A stretch of 64,000 nt of DNA, taken from positions 26,102,001 through 26,166,000 of the forward strand of contig OZ281497.1 in assembly GCA_965637545.1 (NCBI GenBank). Reading direction: 5' to 3'. Source of the DNA: Phallusia mammillata (taxonomy: Eukaryota). Position 1 is the stretch's first letter, and every line of letters starts with the position of its first letter. Below the pieces are notes generated by a model. It ran no database searches, was not told the DNA's origin, and saw only the letters and a program-made list of their open reading frames with translations. The position numbers and the translations under genes are program-made. This document shows positions 37,850 to 52,300 of this stretch, piece after piece.

Positions 37850-40800
37850 TAGTATGTGTCTAAGTTTGCTTTCAGAAAATGCGTCATTTATTTGTCATCT
37901 GTATATAGTCAAGCAACCTTTGTTTTGGATTTCGACATGGAGGTGGGAGAAGGTTTCAGCCACTTCATCAACAGTCAGCGGAGTTTCTCTACGTTCTGCA
38001 TTATATTGCTACATATCGACTCTTTTGAAGTAACGGTGCGTTGGCGGAATGACTGATGAACGTTACTTCCTGCTTTGGTGCATTCAAACCATGGTTAAAA
38101 TAAGCTTCACATTTCCTTGAAAATCCAACTTCTCTGGATCTAATACGAAATTCTGTCAACCCATAAATGTCCGTGGCATTGTCATTTTGTTTGGTTGGTA
38201 AAGTTGTGACCAAATCCATAAAGGCAAAACTCTTTTGTTTACCACAGCATGTTTAGAAATCAAGTTTTTGTGGATGCTCCACACATCGATTATAGGTATT
38301 ACGATATGGTTAGATTCGATCGGAATTTTGTTTTGTGGATTTTGCTTCAATTCTGCCACTTAATGACGCAGGGATTGGCATTTGCGGTTGTTGCGTTGTT
38401 AGCAGTAAACTCAATGTTTAATGTGTGGGTCAATGCACAGACACAAGGTATAGGCACTGGCGGGGAAGGCGGCCATTTTTTTAAATCATCTTGAGCCGCA
38501 ACCAAGTCGACTTAACGAATTTCGACGTCTGGTCGATATTCTTCTACATTTATTATATTCCTACGTCTATTTAACATAGATTTTTAATAAATAATAGCAC
38601 TAAACTTTGCGGGTTAAATTTGGACGTTGTTTTGGCATGTACATTGCTTCGAAATAGGATCAAAGTGAAATTGAAAATTATTGAACATTATTTGACGTCG
38701 TACGGATCTCAAAATTTAATAGTACTTACGATGGTCAATTTGTTTTGACGTTCATATTAGGTCACGTACTGGGCGTCGTAAAACAGTCGTACGGTAGTAT
38801 AGGTAAAACCTGATAATAATCAACGTCCAGAGACGAGAAATTGTAGGGAAAACGCAAAACAGCATGTGGGGTAAGCAATGGTGGTGAAATGGCCAAATCC
38901 TTGTTTCGTTTGCCGCCAACTTTAACAACAGCTAGCGCAAACCATACAGCGTGCGTTCCAACTGCTGGAGTAGGAAGTCAAAGCTCATTAAGGCAACCCG
39001 ACACCTCATCATGTCGACCAAAAACCGCTTTGGTACCAAAACACAAATACGGTAACCTGTGTAAGGACTTTAGGATTTGAAATTAATTCATCATCACATT
39101 TTCGTTGTTAAGCAAGCTAAATTCTCGAAAGTAGTTGCGCGACGTAACAAAACAAAGCAAACAATGTGCAAGGAGTAAATCCCAAGAAACAAGAACATGC
39201 TGCGCAAAACTACATATCAAACACAAAGTTTAGTGTCAAGTGCAAAGTCATTTGCGGGTTTCATTTATTCACTGCACCAAAATGAGCTTTAAGTTTAATT
39301 TTTCAATATTGCCTTTCTAAATGGTTTCTTTTGTGGTTGTGTTTAAATGAAAATAACGAAGCAACAACTATATTTTATGTATTTGGTGTTTAAATTTGTA
39401 TGTGAGACTATTGTAGTAGAGAAGATCGTATATAATTGGTTGCAAAGGTTTGAGATTTTGAAAAGGCAATGTGTTTTCAGCGAGCATGTCCGAAATTTGG
39501 CCGGAACCAGATTTTTTTTACAAAACAAAGCCCGGTTTAGACCCAAAGTTGGTGAAAATGTGGCAATCAAAATTCCGAGTGTTAGGTCAAGCCCGTTTAA
39601 TTTAAACTCGAGTCCAAAACATAAATGCCGGAAAAGCCCTGCCCTATTTCCAACTCCAACGTAAAGGTTTTGGCTTGATTGGAGCGGGTTTGTACAGAAA
39701 AGGAAATATTAAATTTTTATGCTTTATAACAGACTCACTGGAAATTTGCGAACTAAACATAAATGACGCCAATCACATAATATGTTTTTTTTTACAAATC
39801 ACTATTATAGTATACCATGCAACTAAGTTATTACAACCAATAAAGCAACGTTTTTTTGATAGGTACCACATCAAAGTTGCGACAACGTGTTGCAAAAACA
39901 ATAACCATAAAAAAGGTGTTCAGGTAATACATTCCAACATAGGCGCTGAGTTTTACAAAAATGCAAGGTGCCGGATCAAAAAAATATGACGTCACCTCAT
40001 GTGTACAATTACTGGATTTTACCTCACAGTCCAACAAACTTCCAATAGAACGCATCGATTGGCAAAAGCATAAACAATTGAAATGTTTGAAATAATATTA
40101 ATTTGGAACACGTTGCTGTAGCGTTTAAAATATGTTCGTCTCGTTGTTGCTTTGTTTTCCCGAAATTATACAGAATAATGACCAATTACTGGCAAACAAT
40201 TGTGCGTTTGACGTCATAAACAGGCACTAACCCCAAACATGTTGCAGTTTTAAAGAACGTATTGTTGCTTAATCACCAGCACACTTGTTTAAAAGCGAAA
40301 TCGTTTCAGATTTTTTTCAAATTTTACGGTGTTTCTTACGATATCGCAACAAACAAACCAAAATTTTCTCGGTGGCCGTCACCGTGCTTTACAAACCCAA
40401 GCCACCACCTACTCTATTGGTTTCTAGTGCTACTGCAGCATAAAAATTACACAGCGCGTAATACTCGGCAAAACAAAATATATTTTTATCTATTTATAGG
40501 CTTTACATAGACAAAACAAACAATTTTGTGATTTTATACACGCCATGTTATAAGGAGCATCATGTCATGCCAGCATTTGCCAATTAAACGTTTTAAAAAG
40601 TCCTGTTTCACATTGCTACTCCAGCATGAAAGTTACACTGCGCATAAGACACAGCAGATTAAAATAATCTTTGCTTAAGCCTACGTTGACGAAAGAAATA
40701 GTAACAGGTAAACAAGTGGTTGCAAAAAAAAATGGATAAACAAAATGGAATACACTGTCATATGATAATAGCTTACCTTGTCTTTGTAAATGACACACTT

Positions 40801-42399
40801 TTTTAATTGAGACTCGAATTGCAATTAAAACTAAATACAAACCGAATAGTAATAATCAAATCCAGAACAGCGTAGAATAAACCAGCATACACAAAGCTTT
40901 CATTATGGAGCGGACATGTCAACTGATGTTTCAAAAAGCAAAGAATGAAGTAAAAACTATCTTCAAAATACGCCCTAGCAAGTTCAGACGTCAGTATACA
41001 CCTTGCCAAACAATCCAATTGGTTTTGAAATTTTTACCAACTTAACTTTGGAAACAAATCGTCGCAAGAAAATTATTAATGACTTAAAACACTGCAGCAT
41101 CTTATACTATACGCGTCATCGGTAGTCTACTGTATATCTAAAAAACGGGTACCTTGTTGCTGACTATTTTATCGTATACGTAAAATGTAGAAACATTTAA
41201 CTGCAGTAATTACAAGCTAGCACACTGCACCAACATGAGAAGCCAACAAACGAATGAAGCAACAAATTATCAAGGCGCCCACGATTTGGCTGATTGCAAT
41301 TAAAGAGGAAGGCGTTCTGTTGAGCTACAGGCCAATCCACTAATTAAAAAAAGTCCTAAAAACTATTAGGTAAAATACTGATAGAAATAATAAGAGATCA
41401 GAGTAAACAGAAGTTGAAATGATCAACTAGGCATAATGTAAGTTTCGCTAAAGTATATCATTGGAACTACCTTATAAAAAGTAATTGTTAGCTTTAATTA
41501 GAATTAACCGAGATGTAAAAAATATTTTTAATTTTTTTCACTGGTTTGCAACAATAATAAATCGTTGGTCCCAATATTTGTGACTGAAATAACAGTAATA
41601 AATCAAATTATCAAATCGCGACAGTTTTTCTTGTCAGGAAACAACTATACGACAGAAGTTTCAAGTAATTTCAATTCTACTGAAATGTTAACAAATCAAA
41701 AAGTATCTTTTTGCCAAAAAAAAAATAAACAGAATTCCTTACAACCTGTGTTAAAAATCTGACAAACTAATGCCAACATAAAAGCCACACCTGCACACAA
41801 ATAAATAAACGTAACTACAGCCCACCATTCCAAAAAGTGCCTGGAACAAAACATATGTGGAAAAAAAGGATTTTGGTTTAGGTGCCCAGACGGCAGGTTG
41901 GTATCAGACTCCCTTTAGTCCCATCAAGCGGTAAAACTTGAATGCAAATGAGGTCACAGCTCGTGATAAACAACGCAGAGGCGTCGTTACGCATCACGAA
42001 GTACGCGGATGTAAAAACGCACTAAAGCGCGTCCAGTTGCAAATATATTTTAGACTGATCGTTTTTTTTTTGTTGGAAGCAAAACAAACTCACCCAAACA
42101 ATTTTGCTGAATGGTTAAAATTATTGGTTTCTCTGTTACATATTTTACAATTTAAAACACACGTTAAATGTAAACATCTTAAAAATATATTTCAAACCAC
42201 AAAACCGAGTGGAATAATATTAGTTTTTTAACGGAACAAAATACAAAACAAGCACATGGAAGTGCGAACACGTCTGGTGCAAAGAAAATTGTGTGACAAT
42301 CTATCCTGGACATTACTGGCACTACTTCAGATTTATACCTCCCTACTGACACCAAGCGTCAGAATGTGGGATTGACAAAAACGGGCGACAAAAACAAAA

Positions 42400-44173
42400 T
42401 TGTCTGTTACACATACCTTTGCGAACGCTGGGATAAGGAACGCTGGGATAATCATTAGCAACACATACGTCACAGGGTTGGGAAAAGGCTGTCGGAGAAC
42501 TGAAGAGTGGAAGTCTGGCGTTTTCGGCCGTTTAACTATTTTCCCTGTAGCAGATTCGGCGCGCATTGACCTACTGAAAATCCAATCCTAGAATAAAACC
42601 TTGGTTAAGGTTCTTTATGATACAAACGGTTGCATTTTTTAATATGTCACCCACTCGAAGGGGCTTTTCGCCGCCAATTGTAGCCCATCGGCACCTACCA
42701 AGGGCTTGAAAGGGGACCTATTTATCTGTAGATTTTGTTATGCGCCTAATGAGTCCCAATTTATCGCACTTATCAGACATACGCGCGAGCCGATATCTAA
42801 CAAAGCACACATGTTTGTCTGCCCAACTGAAATGGAAACAAACCGTGCAAGCGCTGGAAGTGGTGCGATTCTCTCCTTGGTTATAGTTTCCGGCCCTGGC
42901 CGGATTGCTCTGCCTGGTGCGGTTGATTGTTGACTTGGGGATTATTTTACGTTCGCTGAGTGTTTGGGTGGTCTGCAAAAAAAAGTTGGTAGTGCCCTAG
43001 CCTCATCGCGTCTTACCCTAAAAATGACTGTCAGCAGCCGTAGCACTTTCCGTGTTGCTCGTGTTGGCCATAAAATGTCCTGTCCTTTTAATGGAATCCA
43101 TTTCAGCTTGTAGGGTCTTTTAAGTGTCTTTGAATTTAGCACGATCACGACCTGGGCGGCGGCTCTGTCCTTGTGTACTCGGTTGCGGCGGGGATAGTTT
43201 CAGCAAGGCGTTGAGAGCAGTTTCTGTAGAGTTGCTGCACACATTATATCCCAAAGTTTGCAGCGCATAAACAAAATCTCGCGCGGACTCGCCAGGTAAC
43301 TGCACGCGCCTAATCAGCTCGCGCGTTGGCGTTCCGCGTGTTCTCCGCTAGACTTATGACGCAGTGCGCGTTCTTCCAAGTCTCTGAACGGAATCGTAAA
43401 GAGATTTAAGTCCTTTTCTTGTATTGCCCATTTCAGATCATTGCCAATACTTGCAAAAACCGATGCCTTTTCATTGCTTCTGAAGCATCGACGCTCGTAC
43501 AACAAGATTCGAGCATATTAAAACACTGACCTAGATCCTCTCCTGACCGGAAAAGGCGGAGGTTGCATTTAAACGTTAAGACATTATAAAATCAATCTGA
43601 AACACCATACTTAAAAGCACGAAAAGGGGAGTCTTCCTAGTAAAACCAGTTGGTAGAGGTTACAGGATCCTGGCGTGCTCGCCAAGTTGTTACTGAGTTG
43701 TTTCGGCAGCTTTGGGAATTCGACAAAAAGATCTTTCTTATGCCTAATTGTATACCTCAAAACCAAAACTGCCTCTATAATTCGCAAACGGCCCGAACCC
43801 TGCAATAACGGCTCACCACTACGCCAAAGAGAGGCCACTAACTGGTGTCACTAATAGGCGCCTTGTTTAAGCAAACCAATAGAAAGCATTCGCATAAACC
43901 AACTTGTCCTTCCGAAATCCACAAGTTTCACTACAAGTAAACGCCGGAAATATACGACAAAAAAGAACACGTTGTTACTGGCACGGCACCCAGAGGAAGA
44001 CTGACCTTGCTTCTGTCTCAAGCACGTTTTACACACCCTCACGTTCATTAACGAAACACGTGATTTCAAGAGGCACATCCGGGTATCGCAGAACCAACAA
44101 GCGCGAACACGCAACTGACACATAAGAGGCGAACGTATAAAACACAGGAAAAGCATCGTGTGTAACAACAACA
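42400..44173 (-). mobile_element. Truncated Ty3/Gypsy-like LTR retrotransposon (putative LTR, PBS-like site, decayed gag and protease)
   Basis: TGTTGTT start at about 44173 and TGGCGTAGT PBS-like site at 43818-43826. Gag-like RRVQLPGESARDFVYALQTL, zinc-knuckle-like C..C..H..C / KCDKLG, and retropepsin-like LVGADG and ILGLDF, all with stops or frameshifts. No RT is present. Confidence 0.7.
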
Positions 44174-46321
44174 TTTCAGTGAATATGAAATGAATATTTC
44201 AATGAATACATTTCAGACAATAGTTAAGTACAGAATAACAAACTGAAAAAAAACGTTATGTGCATGAAGGTGTGTGATGATCCAAACAAATATATAACAA
44301 AGTAATGTAAAGGAATAAGTGAACATAAGTTTGTGAAAATAATGTATTTAAAAGTCGCAGGATAAATAAAACGTGAAAAGGAAAGATTCGCTACAGAAGC
44401 GTCATTTCAATAATTTATTCTATCTTTTCAAAGTGTATTTAGTCCTATTTACCTAGTACTTGTACAGCATTTCTCAATAAACTTAGAAATGCCAGCTCGG
44501 TAGCGTCACCTTCATTTATGATAAACTACATTTGATTTATTCTAGTTATGACAAAAAAATATTACTCTTAACCACCTTGAATGGAAAAGTCCGTCAAGTG
44601 TTGCAATACACACGGCTTTGCACGTGTTGGGATAAAATGAAAAAACGACATTAACCAAATTGGGTGGTGGCGGTCGAGAGGAAAACAAGATAAGAGCAGC
44701 ACGAATACACACGAGGATGAGAGCAAAAGTGGCAAAGAAAGCGATAGCCGTTTGTGCCGGGCTTCTCTAAAATGCACAATCTTCTTACAAAAGGTATGAA
44801 ACTTTTGAAAATGTTGACGGTGAGGGCTTTTAGGGTTCGCTTGTAAGTATATTAGTTCCAAACCGATATCTAAGATTGAATTATAATTTCTTGCCATATA
44901 CCCCTTTTGGGCTAATATTCTCATAAGCGTTTAAAATGAATATACAATCTACTTACAAAACGAAGGAAACTTTTGAACATGTTGACGGTTAAGGCTTTTG
45001 TAATTCCAATAATATTATATTTCCTTCCCAGATACATCGTTTGGGCTGATATTCTGAAAAGCGTTGGGGTGGCACTAAACACTACATGTTAACGCTGGTA
45101 AGAATATTAGATCCAACAGGGTGCTTAAGATTGAATTAGAAGTTTATCGGCATCGAACTGAGGAAGAGTCGGAAGTCACAGAGGAGCAAACATGGGTTCA
45201 GGAAGCACATGCAGTCTCTGTTTAAACGGTCACACTTAGGCAAACCCTCATACAAATCAACCACAAAATTCGATGTTTAAACTTTAAATCACATAATCAT
45301 ATACGATTTTGTGTTAAACAAGCAAATAAAACAAGAAAACAGAAAACCCAACATCAATCTCAATCCACAAACTAAATGTCAACATTCCATCTGATATATA
45401 TGTAATGTTCACGATACTGAGCGCTGACAATGAGAAGTAAACAATAGAAAACAGGCACATGCGTAACATTACAACTCCGTATATTCGAGTCTTGAATACA
45501 AGATTTTAACTCTGTAATAGTAAAAAGCCCAACACCAGAACGAAATTGTCAAAAAGTACAAGAATTAAATACAATTTTAAACGGTATAAAATCATTCATC
45601 TCTAAGCTCAAGTTCAAAAACAATTTACAGCAACCAAAAACACTGCAACATATTTAGTGGAACTTTGAAATGAAATAGATTTACAGCATTTCAGTTTTCA
45701 ACAAGTGATAATATCAAAAGCGTAAAAGCACAGAAAAATATTCATACATTTTAATTAGGATTTACATTCAAAGGTTCATTTAATAAACAAATCACAAAAA
45801 ACAAATAAGTCACAACAAAATGGTTAGATTGTGCGAAAATTTAAATTTTAAATTTGAGATTGGTCAGACTAAGCAGAAACTCGAATAGTAATCGGCATAG
45901 TGGCGAATTTATCAAACAATAAACGGAAAATGAGATGAAGTCAAAGCCAACATACTGACCAATAATATCACCAGTGGTGGCGCTGGAAAACAGGGTTTTC
46001 GTACTGAGAAAGTTACGTGAATGTGCAAGGCCCACAAGAGCGCAAGTCCAAAATAAAACAATACAAACGGATATACTCAAATATGATCGAACGCTTTCCT
46101 AAGAACGTTTAATCCAACAAAACAGTGTAACACTGCATTATCCGTATTGCAAGTAAATTTCCTGCAACATACTGAGTAAGTCAATACTTTGTTACGTTTA
46201 GCATCGTGTCCTGCATAAACATGTTCGACAACCCTCTCTTTTACGCACAGGAATCAGAGTTGAGAGTTAATTAACGCTGCATTCAAGATTTTTGCTTGGG
46301 TTTGTTTATCGTAAAAAGGTT

Positions 46322-49300
46322 TCAGAATTCGAACACAACTTTTCCTCGCGACTTTGACCGGATGAGATCCTTCCCTGCTTCTGTGAAATTGTTTCCCAAA
46401 ACCCACAAATCGTGAATGTTGTGAACACATCGAGACAATGACTCAGCACTTTTTGTCAGGTCATTCCAAGACAAGTCAAGTAATTGGATCTAAATAAAAC
46501 AACTGGTAAGTGAATTCAATCAGTATGATTTGTGTATTTTTACGGAACTAATCAAAAAATTATGATGTCCTTTTATCACGTAATAGCACGTAAACAGCAT
46601 GCTGACAGGACACAAATAATTATTTTTATTATTTTTATTTTTTTCTAATTATTAAATATATTTTTCTATTTGACATTCTAACTAAGAAAGATAATGTTCC
46701 GCAGAATACAATGGTATGTCGTTTTATTTAGCATAAAACTTTCCAATTGTTTATTGTTAACTTCAGCAAATTCAGCTGCGCATTATCTTTAATTGTTTTG
46801 TTTTGTCTATTTTTAAGTAAGTTTAGTTCATTATTTGGATGAAGATGTATCAAACCATTGTGTCCTTCTGATATAAGTTTGGGGAGTTATTTATTATTGC
46901 TGGATTGCCCTACAGTTATCCAAGAACAGTATGTTACTACATAGATAAGACTGAAGTATTGTTAGATTGTGCGCAAACAGCCGCTTTTCTTTTGTTACAT
47001 AGTTTATATGTCTAAGAGAAGCATTGCTCGGCTTTAGGTGCTCCAGTCGAGGGCAATTTTCGAACGTTCGTTTGACAAGCGCAGGTATAAGAAGTTGTAA
47101 AAGCAAAAGAAAACTGAAGGGATCTAATTGCAGGAGTTCTTTTTTTAATAACGCTGAATCGAACGATGACGAATTTCTCTAGATCAATTTGTAGAAGTGA
47201 TTCCAAAGTCTTCTATTAAAACTTTTGATTAAACAAAGCAACAAAGCTTGGCCCTAGTATGGCAGTCACTGGTATAAGAAAGTTCAAAACAAGTTCGAGA
47301 AAAACTCAATAGTTATACAAACGTAGTTTGTTTACATAAATACTGAACTGCGTTACTCAAGTTAATCACGTAGGGCAAAAAAAGTTTTAAATTTACAGTA
47401 AACTATAAAACAAAGAACAAAGTGTAAGCAAGATTTACATTTGTTATACTTATCGGATTGCATCCCGCTTGGAATTTAATGGAGCTTCAAATTCATAAAC
47501 GACAGTTTCGCATTGGTGAACGCGAAATATATTTAACAACCCGGTGTCAACTGTAAAGTTGCTGATGCAGTTTTTGTCATTTTAAGTCGATGTTGATGTT
47601 TTTTTTAGTTTGATGCATGCGACAAAATCAGACGATGTGTGGTAAAAACTTTTTATTGGCATGTGTTGATTCCAGCATTTTAACAAGTGGAAATTTTGAC
47701 TAGAGTCAATGGTTGGACCTATAACACGCTTTAAATGTGAAACAAAAAAGTGAAATGAAGAGAAGTTATGTATATTCGTCATCGGTAAAGACAAACGCGT
47801 TTTTTATGGTGTGGTGTGTGTTTCTGCACTTTCGACAAATAAATTGGAAAGACATAAAATCTACCGATGATATCGATTAAAGGATATTTTAAATGTAAGC
47901 TTTGCAGTAATGTTTATAATGCCGTTATCAGCGGAAAGAACTATTGTTCATTTTAAATTTAACGTTTGATGCGTATCCTGAACTAATTAAATGTACTAAA
48001 CTAATTAAAAATAACAAACAAATTTTTTATAACATCTGTTCGTGCCTAAACCAAATTTCTTACAGGTATTTCCAGTTGCAGTACAGAATCGCAGAGTTGT
48101 CCCACCCCTTCGCTTCCAATCTTACATCCACACAACGCAAGGTCGTCGACATTATGAAGACAACGCGCCAACAACGATGCACCCACATTACCGATACTGT
48201 TTCTGCAGAGGTCGAGTCTCTTCAGCTGATGTTGAAGCAAAATAACACATGTTAACTAGTAACAAAGCAAAAGTGAAAAATAAACAATATAAGGTATGTT
48301 GGGTTAATGCAGGTTAAGTTTCTAAATGTTTCTGTAAACCAGTGGTGGAAATTATTTGTTGGGCACCAAAGAACTGAACAAAACTATAAGAGGGCACCAA
48401 AAAACTGTCTTGTGATGGAGAGCCGAACCAACAATAACTGGATTCTGCTCAGTAACCCGACACTGTATTATTTTGGATACAAATGGGTGCATAGGCTTTA
48501 TCGCGCAACAAGTTGTGTTTTATATAGACTTTAACCACCATCACATTTAGCTGTTCGCTTACTCATGTTCTTCGAAATATCTTTCGAAATAAAAGCATCA
48601 GTACCGTATTTTATGCACATCATACATAGGTGTATTATACACCCCTTTTTATTTATGTTTTAATTTTTTTGAACTCACGCGGGCCAGCCAGGTACAGCCC
48701 GGATGTTAAATGTCCAGATCTGTAAACCACCCCCTCTAGTGAAGATTTTGTTAACAAGTTCTATTTTGGTGTTTTGTACTGTTGGTGTTAGAGTCGTTTG
48801 AGGTAATGTGTGTTACATAAAAATAAAGGGTTAAGTTTTTTGGATATTACTTTCCCATCACACCTGGAATTTGAAAAAGGCGCGGCACGCTGAGCCTGAC
48901 TTATAATAAAGTAAGTATAAGAAAACCGCTCCCGTACTGCACAAAGTACGTTTGCAGCCTTGTGGATATTTAAATGTTGATCGCTTGTTACATTTAAATT
49001 GTTGCGATGTCGGACAATGTGGGGGAAAATACTAGTCTGCTAGCTACATGTGCTTTAGTGCTCTTCAACCGGTGTGCACGGTGCACCCTAGGTTGCACCA
49101 AAATATGCATGTGGTGCACCAGTACGAAAGGGTATACAAGGGTGCATCACAAACTTTTAATAAACCATTAATATTTGACTGCCAGGATATTAGAAAAAAG
49201 ATGTAGGTTTCAAATGATGTGAACCAAGGTAAACTTTTTTAATGTTTTATCCCCTTGTCAAGTTTGATAGTGTGTGAGTTAGAGTCGGGTTATATTAGGA

Positions 49301-52300
49301 CATCGAGTTTTGGCTTTTTCTCCGGTGTTTCACAGAAAAATGTTAACAAACAGGTTTTTCTGCGCCCGTACACACACTGCGACCAAAAACAGTCGCATCA
49401 TGACGTGTTTATCTGCGCACCGTCAGTTTGCCACTTATGTTTTATGATAGAGTTTCTCAAAATTTCCATGCATGGGACGCAATGACAAAGTTTTATTCCG
49501 CGGCACACCAGGCAGGTAAACACAAACTTGTAAAAAAAGCAATTTGCAACTTTATTGTGTTAGATAAGATTGCTTTTTATGACAACTCAAAACGAATAAC
49601 ATTTTAACGTTGTACTGCACGCTTGTATTCAAATATAAGTCTTATATACCACCAGATAATGTTTGCACTTTAGAATAGCAAATTTTGAAATTTCTCAGTG
49701 GGCACCAATGTGCTGCGACCAAGGATATCAGTATGGTATGGTACGATACGCAGAAGATATCATGAAACAGTACGATACGTAGGCCCGGTACGCAAAGAAA
49801 GCAGAGGTACTGGTACGGAACAATGGTACGCCTCTTCACCTGAGCGTACCACCGTGATGGTACACATAATAAATGCAGATTTAAAGGTTTTTTTTCAATC
49901 GTTACCATTAGCAGATAATATTGAAATTGCCAGAATGTTGAATTTTAATTGTTTGTGACATGATTTCATCACAATGTCACTGTACCAAAAGAGGAATAAA
50001 GCAGTTGATGACGTCACTGCATAATATTTTGTCCTTACAGGGCTGACTGCTATGCAATAGGAGATTTACACGCACTGTAGGTCGAATGTTAAAACGCGCA
50101 CATGACAATAACATAGTAAATCTCGTAGTCTTTTTTGCACCAATGATTTGGCATTAAAATATATGCTGTTGATCAACCCTTAATTTCGAATGCGCGGGTT
50201 ATGCAGTGGGTTAAATGGGGCAGGCCTCCTTATTAAATGGGGCAGGTTGTTAAATGGGGCAGGCCTCCGTTAAGCGCCATCTTGGTATCACTCTCCGTAG
50301 CGAGGTACGTGGTACGGTCAACACCAAACTTACCGTACCGTACTGCCATCCTTGGCCCCGACACACAGTTTAAGAATCAATGTTAGGTATTGACGGGGCT
50401 GTAGCTATAACTACTGGAACTCTGTAAGGTCATATGTTAATGCATTACACTTTTTTTTCGACTTTTGTGATCTGCATAATGGGTCGCAATTGGATATTGT
50501 AAATACAAAAACCGAGCAGCATTAGAGGTATCGAAGAGTCACATGCGTCTCCGGGACGTAGATTTGCAAACCCTTGTATACCAGAAAAAACTCATAACAT
50601 CACAAAAATATTGAACCATTTAAAAATCCACACTGTGAACTGAGTATTAATCGCCTTGCATTACGTTCACCTTTCGTAAGGTGTATTTGACTTGCGATAC
50701 AGAATCGCAGATTGGACTGACTACTTAGCATAAAAATATGCTTAGAAAATAAGTGTGGTAAACATGAATGTTTTATATGTACCAAACAGTTTCAACAAAT
50801 GTGGGTTTAATTAGGGGTTATTCACAGCGATAAACATTTGAGTGGCGTTATTGTAGTACAACTCAACTAGCAAAGGCTTTGAAAAGTCAGATTGCTGCCC
50901 TCTAACAGAGTTGCTCAACCTTTTTGGCTTTTGGATATCAAGAAAAAACAAAAATCGTTCGGCACCCCAGCGTACGCTCGACATGGAATAAATAACTGAT
51001 GTTACTACTTTCCTTTAGGTAATTAGATAAAAATGTTGGCAAATATTATCTTAACAAACAATACCGGAGTAGTGAAACATTTCAAAAATGGTTGTCAGCA
51101 ATTCTAAGACAAACAAATGGCAACCCAGAGAGAAACATAAAACACTGTTCGCCTACATACGAAAGCCTAAATTACCTACAGGTGTTTTCAGTTGCAGTAC
51201 AGCACAACAGAGTTGTCTGATTCCTTCACTTCCGATGTCACATCCACAAAGCACCAGCTTTTCGATTTTGTGAAGACAACGAGCCAACGAAATTGCACCC
51301 AGATCACCGATTTTGTTGTCGGAGAGGTCGAGTATCTGCAGCTGATGTTGAATTAACAACAAGCACATGTTAATTTGCGACTCTATTGTGGTATTGTGGT
51401 TGGTTTTAATGACAACTAAAAAAGAACAAGTTTTTAAACGTTGTAATGGACGCACGTTTTTCGTTATAAGTCTTATATAACACCACAATAACAAGCTATT
51501 GCTGCCAGTCATAGTTTGTAGAGCTTTTTTTGGCAAATGTGATTGTATTCCGACGTTTCGACGTCCTATACAGGTCGTCTTCATAAGGATAAATAACACT
51601 AAATGCGACTAGTGCAATGCACGCTGAACACCACAATGTTTGCACTTTAGAAGAGCTAATTTTTGGCAACACATTTGGAAATATCTCGCGGCGCACCAGT
51701 GTGCCGCGACACACAGTTTAAGAATCACTGTTTGATCGTATAGAAGTGGCTGTAGCTGTACTACTGGAAATCACATTTGTAATCGCATTGCAAGCTTCAT
51801 TTTCGACATTTGTGATATGCATATTTGTCGCAACTGAATATTGTAAATATGTTGTAATGACAAAAACTGAGCCGCATTAGAGTGATCGAAGAGGAAACGC
51901 ACTCTGAAGCCGCCATGATATGTGTAAAAGTTAAAAAATCAAAAGTTTTAAAAAAATATTGAAGCACACAACAACCCAAACTGCTGTCAGTAGAGTATTT
52001 GTCGCCTTGCTTTACGTTCACCTTTCGTAAGGTTTATTTGAGTTGCAATTCAGAATCGCAGATTGGTCTGACTACCTTACACAAAACAGTGCTTAGAAAA
52101 TAAGAGTGGTAAACATGAATGTTTTATGTGCAACAAACAGTTCAAAGAAAATTTAAATATAGCGACTATCTGACACAGTAGTGTGCAACTGTCGACTGTG
52201 GCTATTTAATATAATTTGTTAATTTCACAGCAATAAACATTTGTGTCGTGTTTTTGTATTATAACTCAAATAGCAAAGGTTTTGAAATTACGTAAACTAA

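Larger units (their letters stand above)
25850..42390. repeat. Segmental duplication unit paralogous to about 44580-61560
   Basis: Colinear homology of downstream flank, exons, introns and upstream blocks (37.2-38.2 vs 56.3-57.7 kb; 38.8-39.1 vs 57.9-58.2 kb; 40.4-41.9 vs 59.2-60.5 kb; 41.9-42.4 vs 61.05-61.56 kb). Confidence 0.9.

Noticed and set aside
38249-38494. 81-aa ORF with a hydrophobic stretch
   Set aside because: It lies in sequence absent from the C unit, has a TTG/GTG-type start and shows no homology signal.
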